A stretch of 64,000 nucleotides of DNA from assembly GCA_964016885.1 (NCBI GenBank), contig OZ024741.1, positions 88,536,001 to 88,600,000 on the forward strand. Reading direction: 5' to 3'. Origin of the DNA: Eledone cirrhosa (taxonomy: Eukaryota). Made by a program: the position numbers and the translations under genes. This document shows, piece after piece, positions 1 through 11,007 of this stretch. Each line of letters starts with the position of its first letter. Positions within the stretch are counted from its first letter, which is position 1. Below the pieces are notes generated by a model. That model was not told the DNA's origin. It saw only the letters and a list, made by a program, of their open reading frames with translations, and made no database searches.

Positions 1-770
1 GAAGATCTGGTGAAAACCCTCCAAAAATTACAGATACTTCTATCAACAAAAGCAACAGAAAAAATTGGAACACAAAATATATGATCCAGGTATTCCACCA
101 GCCATCTCTGATCTAAACAATGAGCCACCTACAAAGGATGAAATTATAAATGCTCTTAACCCTTTAATGTTCAAACCGGCCAAAACTGGCCAGAATTCTC
201 TACCTCTTTCTGTTGAAACTGGCTGTAACTGGTTGCTCAAATTGATGTTACGGTGTTGTTCTCAAAATAAATACTTTCAAAATCTCATAGATTCGATATT
301 ATGTGAGATAATTATGCGAGGTAAAACCTTTACCATGAAAATATAATAGTATATATAGCGTAATGTGAATGCTAAAAGGTTAAGTTAAAAAATGTAGGCC
401 TGGACAGAATCTCACTCAAAGCCCTTAGAAGTCCTTGATTTGCTAAGTCCCCAACTATAGAAGATATAAAGGGAAGGAGAAGGAAAAGTGCATACAGAGT
501 GGAAGAAAGGCTGGTGAAACTACCAGTGCACAAACTGATCTGATATCATTCTTCTATCATTAGCCAGCAAGGTACTCACAATAATCATTCTTGAGAAATA
601 AGATTTGGTCTTACATTGACCAAATCCTTACACTCTGGAACATCACTGAACAGTTGAAGGAATGGCAGGCTGCCCTCATTCTCAACTCCAACTTTGAAAT
701 CGTTTTTGACTGTGTTGATCAGAGAAGTTATTTGGTGTCTACTCCACTAATACAGAATATCCCAACACAC
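1..770 (+). mobile_element. Decayed RTE-clade LINE fragment (pre-RT and early RT region), interrupted by a MITE
   Basis: With the 160-379 insert removed, conceptual translation gives EPPTKDEIINALKLKN..., IILLSLASKVLTIIILE and SYIDQILTLWNITEQLKEWQ..FEIVFDCVD, matching LINE ORF2 motifs (DQI..LR.I.E, DF.KAFD.V). Many stops and frameshifts. Confidence 0.7.
160..379. mobile_element. TTAA-flanked (piggyBac-like) MITE
   Basis: TTAA at 156-159 and 380-383; imperfect TIRs ccctttaatgttca / tgaatgctaaaagg; related copy at ~26487-26682; removing it restores the LINE reading. Confidence 0.75.
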
Positions 771-1868
771 TGTAATGAAGTAGTGCTGGTGCCACAACAA
801 AACCACTCAGTCCACCTTGTAAGGTAGTAATGTCAGAGTCAAAATTATATGTTCTTAGCACATGCTGTAAAGTTGTTGGCATTAGGAAGGGCATTCAGCC
901 ATAGAAACTTAGCAAAAAATATAAGACATGATCACCTGACTCAAAATGTGGCAACCTATGTAAATTTGGAAAATAAACATTAAACAGTGATGCTGATGAC
1001 TTTAATATCGTTTCAACAGCTGTACAAAAATGCCTATTGTCAAGTGACAGACAATAGCAGAATGTTGAATTCTTATATAATAAACAGAATTAAAACATGG
1101 ATATTTATAATCATAGATGATTTTGATGGTGATTGAGTTATGCATCAAATTACATAGGCCTAATGAGCTGGCATACAGTCAGCACAAAAACAAACACTAG
1201 AGAATCTAAACTTTGCTGACATCCCAGAATGTTGAAGGCATGCAAAGACAGACAAGCTAAGATAATGAAAACTGAAATGAGGGTTAATTTCCCCTTTCAC
1301 TCAATAGCAACAATTAGTATCATCCATACAAATCTCCCAGGAATCCCTCTATTTCCCCAATTGCAAATGTTCTGCTCACACAATTATTGCTGTATTTATC
1401 ACTTCACTAGCTTCCACAACACATTTTTTTTTACCCTCATTTTCTCTACTATGCTGCCTCTCTACGAAGTCATCTACTCTCCGCCTCTCTCTTACACTAT
1501 TATTAGTGTTGTTTTATTTATCAGTTCGCTTTCTCTTCAAAGTCATCAACTCCTATCCGTCTATTTTGCCATGAGATGCTACAGGCCATGATTTGGCTAC
1601 CTACCTCACAATTTCCCCCCCACTCACCCCCTCACACCACCATAGCCTATTCGACCAATCAAACCTCAGCATGCCCCCCCCCCTCACCCACTACCAACCC
1701 TAACAACCCTGCCATTTCTACTACTACTTACCTCTCTCCTCCCCCGTCCCAGCCCAACACACCCTGCCATTATTACCACCACCACTGTTCTTCTAGCTCT
1801 GAATGTTCCTACCATTATGTATGGATGAGCTGAGAATAAATGGAGCAACCCTGAATTAATAAATGAAA

Positions 1869-4800
1869 ATGAATATGAATCCACGAGCTACCAAGCACCC
1901 ATGTGAAGCTTCAATTCAGAGACAGGAAGCACACGCACACCCCTGCAAAAATCGACCCTTCCCCACGAATGTTGACAAATGCCCCAAACTCTGAGTTGGT
2001 ACCATCAATGAAAGGAAGAGCAGGAGAAACCGTAGAGATGCTAGAGCGAAAGGAAATTGATGTATGCTGTGTGCAAGAGACTAGATGGAGAGGAGAGTCT
2101 GCTAGAGTCCTTGTAAGAAAAAGTCAGTGCTACAAATTTTTCTGGGTGGGAAATGACGATGGGATGGGTGGTGTAGGTATTCTACTAGCTGACAAGTGGG
2201 TAGATAAAGTAATCTCAGTGAACAGGATAAATGCAAGAATCATTAAACTCAGACTAGTCCTGAATAAAACAATTACCACAATAATATCAGCTTACGCACC
2301 CCAATCAAGGTTGCCAGACGAACTTAAGGATAGGTTTTACGAGTCCCTAATTCACACTACTGCTCTAACAAATGACAATGACTTCCTAATCATCGCAGGA
2401 GATTTTAACGGACACGTAGGTAAACACTGTGACGGCTTCAATAGAGTCCATGGAGGCCATGGGGTTGGCACAAGAAATGAAGAAGGATTCAGACGTCTAG
2501 AATTCTGCGACGCCAATGACATGTCGATGTGTAACACAAACTTCAAAAAACCCGACAACCACCTGATCACCTATAGATCAGGGGAGCATTCTAGTCAGAT
2601 AGATTTTATCCTCATCAGAGGACGTGACAGATGGACGGTCATAAACACAAAAGCCTTCCCTTGTGAGGAATGTACCTCCCAACATACCTTACGGTCAGAA
2701 CTAGACGAACCTGGAAACAGAGGCCAACCTGGAGAAGAAAGATCTGGAAGCTGAAAGACCCCTCAGCCAGTAACATTTAAAGATATTTTACTCAATGACT
2801 ACAACAGTAAAGAAGAACAGATAGAGACATTCAATGTAGAAGAGCAATGGGAGTTCCTAAAAAATAACTTACTAGAGGCGACGGATGAGATTTGTGGCTG
2901 GAGTAAGACCACAAGCAGGAGGAGAGTGACTTGGTGGTGGAACAATAAGGTAGATGAGGAAGTTAAGGCCAAGAGACAGGCATGGAAAGAATGGAAGAAC
3001 GGGGGGAGCAAGGTACATTACATAGAGACCAAGAGGGAAGCTAGGCGACAGTATACTTAGCTAGGAGGGAAGCAGAGGATAGAAAATTCATGCATGTTTT
3101 GCAACGTGAGGACCAGAAACAGGAGGTGTTCAAGATTGCGAGGCAGTGTGTCAGAGAGAATTGTGATGTCATTGGAGAGAAGTGTATCCGGAATGATAAA
3201 GGTGAGCTCACAAGTGCTGAGAAGAAAGATGCATGGAAGAGCCATTATGATAGATTACTAAATGAGGAGAATGCATGGGAAGAAGAGACCCTATAGAGGG
3301 GCCAGCAGTACAAGTCAGCAGCAGCGTAGTAAGTAAGGCAATCAAAGATATGAAGATGGGGAAGGCAACCGGTCCATCGGGTATAGCTGCTGAGATGCTG
3401 AAGGCATCTGGGTCTGTAGGTCACACTATAACCACACATATTGTTAACTAGGTAATACTAGAAAGTGTCATACCAAAAGATTGGTGCAGTAGCATCATTG
3501 TCAACTGCTACAAAGGTAAAGGTGATGCACTAGATAGAGGAAGCTATAGAGGTATAAAGCTGATGGACCAGGCCATGAAAGTAACAGAAAGAGTTATAGC
3601 ACAGTTGATTAGGGACCAGGTGAAACTAGATGAGATGCAATTTGGGTTTGTACCAGGAAGAGGCACCACTGATGCCCTCTTCCTTGTGAGGCAGTTACAG
3701 AAAAGTACCTAGCTAAAAGTAAGCCACTCTACCTGGCATTCGTCGATCTCGAGAAAGCCTTTGACAGAGTTCCACGTGCTATAATCTGGTGGGCTCTTAG
3801 AAAACTAGGAGTAGATGAATGGCTTGTGAAAGCTGTACAAGCCATGTATAGGGGGAGCAGTCAGCAAAGTGAGGATTAGCAATGAGTATAGCGAGGAATT
3901 TAGCATACAGGTTGGGGTCCACCAGAGTTCTGTTCTTAGCCTTGGAGGCAATAACGGAGGAGTTTAAGACCGGATGCCCATGGGAACTCCTGTATGCTGA
4001 TGACCTCGCACTTATAGCTGAATCTATGGTAGAACTAGAGAAGAAATTCCAAACTTGGAAGCAGGGACTAGAAAGAAAGGGTCTCAAAGTCAACATGACA
4101 AAGACTAAGGTCCTTGTAAGTAGACGAGAAAACAGAACCCAGATCCCCTCAGGGAAATGGCCTTGCTCAGTATGTAGGAACTCCATTCTCTGCCCCAAAT
4201 GCAAACAATGGATACACAAGAGATGTAGCGGGATCTCAGGAAGCTTAATTAAGAATATAGGCTTCACATGTAGCAGCTGTGCTGGGACAGCAAGCAGCAA
4301 ACAGCCACAGGAAACAAGTACCACCAATCTCTGAGAGGGCTCTGTACAAACAGTAGACAGCTTCTGCTACCTAGGTGACCGAATTAGCAGCGGAGGTGGG
4401 TGTTCAGAAAGTACAATAACTATATATATATGTATACGAACAGCAATGTTACATGGTAGACCTGGGCGCTGAAGGTGGAAGACTTACATAGATTAGAAAG
4501 AAACGAAGCCTGCATGCTCCGATGGATGTGTAATAGTAATATACGTGAACGGCAAAGCATAAATGAATTGAGAGAGAGACTGAGCATAAGAGGAATCAAA
4601 TGCTGTGTGCAAGAGAGGCGGTTGCGTTGGTATGGACATGTGATGCGTATGAAGGATGACAGCTGCATAAAAAGGTGCAGAGCACTAGAAGTCAATGGAA
4701 ACCGCGGAGTGGGGAGACCCAAGAAGACCTGGGATGAGGTGATAAAAGCCGACCATACCCAATTACACCTCTCAAAGGCGATAACACACGACCGTGACCT

Positions 4801-5085
4801 CTGGCGTCACGCAGTAATTCAGAGTACCCGACCTCCCATGGGTACAAGCTGAAGCATATAGACAATATGCCCCCACACCCTCCCACTGCAAAAAAGCACC
4901 CAGCACTCACTGTAAATGAGGTTGGTGTTAGGAAGGGCATCCAGCTGTAGAAATCAACCCCAAATCAGTTCCTGTATGAGCAAGGCCTGGTCAGCCGACC
5001 AGACACTGCCCACAACAGGACAACCCGTCTAACCCATGCTAGCATGGAAGAACGGACGTAAAACGGTGATGATGATGATGATGAT
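1869..5085 (+). mobile_element. Near full-length degenerate RTE LINE, subfamily 1 (APE endonuclease + RT + PHD-like finger)
   Basis: ORF 1903-2754 has APE motifs (VCCVQETRW, ISAYAPQ, AGDFNGHVG, SQIDFIL); RT motifs AFVDLEKAFDRVP and LLYADDL; C-terminal RLRWYGHVMRM and GRPKKTW; (GAT)n tail. Frameshifts and internal deletions. 5' boundary uncertain (possible TSD ataaatgaaa). Confidence 0.93.
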
Positions 5086-5115
5086 AAATGAAAGAGTAAT
5101 GCTGTTGTATATATT

Positions 5116-5328
5116 TTAATCTTATTGATACCAAAATGCCTGAAACTGCCCCTGGTTTTACAATACTAAACTGCTTGTTTAAAGTGTTTAATTTTATGTA
5201 AGAACTTTTGTTAAGTTATGTTTTAAACACCAACTCAATGAGAAAGCTAGTTATATTACTAAACTCCTCTAAATTCTTTATTGTTTCAAAACATTGTTTC
5301 ATTAGAAATTTTGTAATGAAAGAGTTAA
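5116..5328. mobile_element. TTAA-flanked MITE, second family
   Basis: TTAA ends and terminal gtaatgaaagagttaa; homologous to 5884-6130 and partial copies near 8266, 10600, 10730 and 25437. Confidence 0.55.
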
Positions 5329-5883
5329 TGCTGGAAAGATAGATATCATGAAAAGAAATGTTTTACATATCAAGAAAGCACAGTGTCTGATTAGAGACAG
5401 AGGAAGATGTTCAAATGAGACATAAGAAAGCAAGTTAAGTTTTTAACATTTTGAATCCTGGTGGACAAAAAATAGCTATGGTTCTCCAGGGATGTAGTTG
5501 TTTAAATATGGAGACACTATGTCTTCACACTCTGATACATCCCATTCCACCATAATAAACTTGTCTACTATTTTTTTTTTATGGCAGCTTAATAAGGAGA
5601 AAAGGCACATCTTGTAAAAGGAGATTATTAGGGTTGGCACCAGGAGACATTTAGCTGTAAAATACTGCCTCAAAAATGACCTCATAACATGAGTCTCACA
5701 ACACTAACTTTTGCGTAGTGGGGAAAATAGTCTTAAAACACTTATGGTATTGTTAGTAAATTAATGGAAATATTATTAAAAGTTAATTTAAATTTAGATT
5801 TGAAAAAATACATGTTCACATTTTAAACAAAATGAAGCATGCAAATATAAAGACACTCTCTTTGTAGAACATTACATTTTGTT

Positions 5884-6130
5884 TTAACACTTTTGACATC
5901 AACCCTGCTGAAACCAGCCCTTGTTGTAAGATATACAACAGTCAATTTTAAAGACTTCATACTTATATTAAAAGCTTCCATAAATTTTTAAAAGAAAGTT
6001 TTGTTAAATGATGTTTCAAATAGCAGCTTACTAATGAAAATGTTACTGATGTTAATCTTATTGTTTTCAAAATTATTTTGAAACATATAGGCAGCATATT
6101 TCATTAGAAATATGGTAATGAAAGGGTTAA
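5884..6130. mobile_element. TTAA-flanked MITE, second family
   Basis: ttaacacttttga ... ggtaatgaaagggttaa; same internal sequence as 5116-5328. Confidence 0.6.
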
Positions 6131-6421
6131 AATATTAGTTGCTAAAAATACTGCCAGCACAGCTATAATCATATAAATCGTTCTTTAACTTAATGAAGTA
6201 GCCATCTGATTAGTAAGTGGTATGGCCATAACAGAATGTTATGATTTGGATGAGAAATATTTGCAAGCACATATTTATCAAGCAACCCAATTTAAAGAGT
6301 ATTTACCTTAAATTTAACTCAAGGCTGCTTTACAGTAAGCCTTGTAAACATCATTTTTAAAGTTACGATTAAAACAATATTTTTAAATTGAACACAAAAT
6401 TACACACTGTATTTAACTCAC

Positions 6422-6491
6422 CTCCTTTTGGTCCTTCATAAACCTCATAGCCTTCCAAAAGAAGTTCTGGAGCAGGCTCTTCTTTAGACAT
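6422..6491 (-). CDS. Probable first coding exon of an unidentified host gene (MSKEEPAPELLLEGYEVYEGPKG, phase-1 intron follows)
   Basis: Minus strand reads T-rich acceptor ttttttgtttatattttag|tgtaaacATG...AAAGGAG|gtgagt; exon 6422-6498 with strong acceptor and donor, open frame and good start context. No downstream exon recognised in 1-6421. Confidence 0.65.
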
Positions 6492-7445
6492 GTTTACACT
6501 AAAATATAAACAAAAAAGCCAGATTTAATCACCAGTTATAGATTCCTTACAGCAAATAATTGAAACATATGCAAGGGCCTGTGTGGACGAAAACAAAAAA
6601 TGTTGTACTGGAAATGAAATGAAATTTACAGCTCGCCCCTATGTAGTTTTAGCTGGCCTTTTCATAGGTTTCTTGGATGTTTTAATAGCAGGGGCTCCCT
6701 ACATGGCTATTGTGGCAATACCAAATTTCCTTCAATATACTGCTTGTTTTAAAAATTAGGACCATATTTTAAACTTTAAACCAGTCAAAACTATGGATGT
6801 TCCTTCGTAGATTGGATATCTCTAAGGATCTGACCAGAATTGACTTGGACTATCAAACACCAACAACAGTCACAACAACAAAAGTGTATCTAGCATGAAC
6901 TGTAAAGAGTAGTTAGAGGCTTCAAATTCTATATTTCAATGCTGGTGCCAAGAGAAAACGGATCCAGTACACACTGTAAGGTAGTTATTGTTAGGGAGGG
7001 CACCCAGCAATAGAAGCCATGCTAAATATGGAATGCATGATGAAGTCTCTGACATATTTAACCTTGGATTGTAACAACCCGTCCAACACTTGTATTGAAG
7101 ACAGACATAAAATGATGATTATATTGAACCTATATTGGATGTTTTTACTCTTTAATTAGAGTGGGAGGGGCTATACCCATGACCATTTTCAGGGCTTCTG
7201 AGGCTGGTAAGAGGGAGGAAGGTAACCTCAAACTGGAGACATGTTCCAAATGCCTGTAACAGATAGGACTCAAAAGGAACACAAGTGTTAAACATTTGAT
7301 GGATTAAGTTACTACCCAGTATGCTACAGCATAACACCGCCCAACACTAACAATTATGTCAGTGCACTGCCCTGAACTAGAACTTTATTTTATTGACCAT
7401 GAAAGGATGAAAGATAAAGCTTGACCTCAAATCACAGTCAGAACA

Positions 7446-7633
7446 AATAATTGTTTCTACTTTTGGCAGCAGGCCAGCAATTATCCCAGTTCATTACCGG
7501 TGCTTTATTTTATCTACCCCATCAGGATGAAAGATAAAGTTAACCTCGGCGGAATTTGAGCTCAGAACGCAAAGGGCCATAACTCTGTCCTGCAAAGCAT
7601 GGTTTCTGACGCTCTACCAATATTGCCAATCCA
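7446..7633 (-). mobile_element. tRNA-derived SINE, family A
   Basis: Homologous to 10322-10513; partial second copy at ~7382-7430. Confidence 0.85.
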
Positions 7634-8391
7634 TTTTGTCTTAAACTCTAACAACTAATTCACCTACATGTGACCATAGAAATTCATAGAGAAAGAGGAA
7701 GTGTCTCACAAGATAATTAGTGATATGGAACACACCTCTTCTCTCCATAAAGACAGGCACAACAGAGTACAGAAGACCTTCTGAACCTGTCGAGTACCTG
7801 ACAACTTCTTCAGTGTTGGTGACAATAAAATTTACGCCATACATTCTGTAAATTGGTTGATCAAATGAAGACAATATAAGCTGAGCATATGACAATCTTT
7901 CTAATGCTGATACCACAACAGAATGCACACAGCACAATCTAAAGTGAGCAATACAGGTGCTATGAAAAGTGCACCCAGTACACTCCCTAAAGTGGTTGGC
8001 ATTAGGAAGGGCATTCAGCCATAGAAACCATGCTAAAGGTCTGGTCTCAAGCACCATAGATATAAAATAATAACGAAAGATAACCAAATAAGAAGAATGT
8101 TAAAGAATAAGAGGATAATAAGAAAGTATACAAAGATAAATTGGATATTTAAAAGTCAGGAATAATGTATACTTTGTAAAGGAAGGGGTGTTGACATGTA
8201 ATGTATGTCAACAATAACCGAGACAGTAAAAACATTGTAACAGTTTGCAATTATGCACATGCTTATTAACCTTTTTGATATCAACACACCCAAAACCACC
8301 TGTGGTTCTTATGAAATAAAACCACCCATTTTAAAACTTTTAGCATCCTGTGATGCTTTAGCAGAAAATGTCTAAAAACGAGTTTGTTAAT

Positions 8392-10119
8392 TCATCATCA
8401 TCATCATCATCATCATCAGCGTTTAACGTCCGTGTTCCACGCTTGCATGGGTTTGGACGGGGGTAGTCCCACTTGAGGCAAGAGTGATTGTCTTGCTCGC
8501 ATAGGACTGTCTGGCAGGTTTTCTACAGTTGGATGCCCTTCCTAACACCAACCACATTTACAGTGTGGGTCTGGGAGGTTTTTACCGTGTTGCCTACACG
8601 GCCACATTACAGCGTGGACTGTGTGTTTTTTTGTCGTGACACCTACACGATCTCATTTGTTTCGGCCTCGATGGCGCGGCACCAACATAACTTTACATAG
8701 AACGGGGTGGTGTGGATCGGGTGGGGGTGGTGGGACGGGGTGTATTTGTTAGAGATGCCTACTGGCTGGAGTAGGTTTTACTATATATTTAGGTAAGGCG
8801 GGTCTTCTCTGTTACTGAGTACCGCCAAAGGTCTCGGTCCAGTGACATTGTCTTGGAGAGGTGTAAGTGTGTGATGTCGGAGTTTATCAGCTCGTCCCAG
8901 GTTTTTCTAGGTCTGCCTATTCCGTGACTACCGTCTATCTTTATTGCCCTGCACTTTGTTATACAGCTATCGACTTTCATGCGCATCACGTGTCCATACC
9001 AACGTAGCCTTCTCTCGAGTAAACAACATCTGATCCCTCTTATCTCTAATTTATTCCTTAGTTCGTTTATGCTTTGCCGTTCACGTATATTACTGTTACA
9101 CATCCAGCGGAGCATGCAAGCTTCGTTCCTCTCTAGTCTGCGTATATCCTCTGCACACAATGCCCAGGTCTCACTGCCATGCAGCATTGCTGTTCGTATG
9201 CAGGCATCGTACAACCTGCCTTTCATTTTTAGTGAGAACCCTTTAGCAGCTAATAGTGGTATAAGCTCTCTGAACTTTTTCCAACCAGTTCTGACTCTAG
9301 CTACAGTACTTTCAGAGCACCCTCCCCCACTGCTGATTTTATCGCCCAGGTAACGGAAGCTGTCCACTATTTCTATAGAACCCTCTGCGCAATTGAAAGA
9401 GCTAGTAGTTTGTGGGCACTTGCTGCTACTTATTGCACCAGAGCACCGGCCACATGTAAAATCTATGTTCTTAGTTAGCCTACCTGTGATCCCACTACAT
9501 CTTTTATGCACCCATACTTTGCATTTAGGACATAAAATGGAGTTTCTACCTACGCCTTTCCTACACACCGAGCACGACCATTTCCCAGAAGGGACCGCCG
9601 CCTTGTTTTCTTTCCTACAAACTAGTACTTTGGTCTTAGCCAGGTTAATTTTAAGTCCTTTTGACTCTAGGCCGTGCTTCCATGTTTGGAATTTCTTCTC
9701 TAGCTCGGCCATTGATTCCGCTATGAGTGTCAGGTCGTCTGCGTATAGGAGTTCCCATGGGCAGCCTGTCTTGAACTCCTCTGTTATGGCCTGAAGGGCA
9801 ATAATAAATAGTAGTGGACTGAGAACAGAGCCCTGATGGACGCCGACTTTTACGCTAAACTCTTCACTATATTCGTTGTTAATTCTAACCTTGCTGACTG
9901 TTTCTTTATACATGGCTTGTATAGCCCTCACAAGCCATTCGTCAACGCCTAGTTTTCTAAGAGCCCACCAGATAATGGAGCGGGGGACTCTGTCGAAGGC
10001 TTTCTCCAAGTCGACAAAAGCTAAGTAGAGGGGTTTACCTTTAGCTAGGTACTTCTCTTGTAGTTGTCGTACTATGAAAAGAGCGTCTGTGGTACTTTTG
10101 CCTGACACAAACCCGAACT
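8392..10119 (-). mobile_element. 5'-truncated RTE LINE, subfamily 3, with an uninterrupted 439-aa RT/PHD/C-terminal frame (8789-10108)
   Basis: LAFVDLEKAFDRVP, GVHQGSVLSPLLF, LLYADDL, C4HC3 finger, FRYLG, RLRWYGHV; 3' UTR and (ATG)n tail at 8392-8418. Lack of stops suggests a young copy. Confidence 0.96.
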
Positions 10120-10321
10120 CATGTTTATAAAATCTTTACAAGTGAACAGATCATTGTGAACATTTGCAATAAACTAAAGATGTGATGCAGTCGTAGTGCT
10201 ATTTTATACTTTTCAGGAGTGCCTTGCTAATGTGGTTTTATGTGGTACAGGATGTTAAGAGTCAAATTAAAATCTTTCAACATAATTCTATGTAAGAAGC
10301 TTTTATTATGTTATAAATTAT

Positions 10322-10513
10322 GGCGGTGGATTGGCAGTATCGGTAGAGGGCTGGACACCATGCTTTGACGCATAGAGTTACGGCCCTTGCCATTCTGAGT
10401 TCAAATCTCGCTGAAGTTAACTTTGCCATTCATCCTTACGGGGTCGATAAAATAAAGTACCAGTAATGCGCTGGAATAATTGCTAGCCTTGTGCCAAAAG
10501 TAGAAACAATTAT
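10322..10513 (+). mobile_element. Full-length tRNA-derived SINE, family A, with TSD
   Basis: A-box-like tggcagtatcggt, B-box gagttcaaatc, central catccttacggggtcgataaaataaagtaccag; flanking duplication attatgttataaat. Confidence 0.88.
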
Positions 10514-11007
10514 GTTATAAATACCATCTGATTAATGAAATATTTAATCATTTTAGTTAATCCCCCAACTTCTTCAGTAAATAATTCAAATGCAGTGTAT
10601 TTCACAAGAAATATGGTAATGAAAGGGTTAACAAGGTAAAAATTGACCTCAATTGAGGGACACATAAGTATTGTCATTACATTAACAACGGCAGCAATTT
10701 GGAAAAGAATATCAATAGAATTTATTACTAACTCTTTTGATATCAAATTGCCTGAAAACACTCCTGGTTTTATGCTATAAAGCTGTTTATCTAAAAACCT
10801 TCCACCGTAATTTTATGTAAAAACTAGACCACCCGCAACCCATTGGGTCACATTCACTTCAAAATATTTTTTTTAAATCATGTTCACTTAAAATATACAC
10901 ATACATGCATATAATGTGAAATGAAACTGGAAGGCCCATATATATATATGTATGTGTGTGTCTGTGATCTATATACACTGGTCACACACACACTCACATA
11001 TATATAT

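Noticed and set aside
1229-1884. Pro/Thr-rich and hydrophobic ORFs upstream of the first LINE; possible ORF1 or HDV-like ribozyme
   Set aside because: Low-complexity C-rich DNA with no recognisable domain, and no HDV double pseudoknot could be drawn.
10322-10420. tRNA gene
   Set aside because: A/B boxes belong to a multicopy SINE head with a TSD; no complete cloverleaf.
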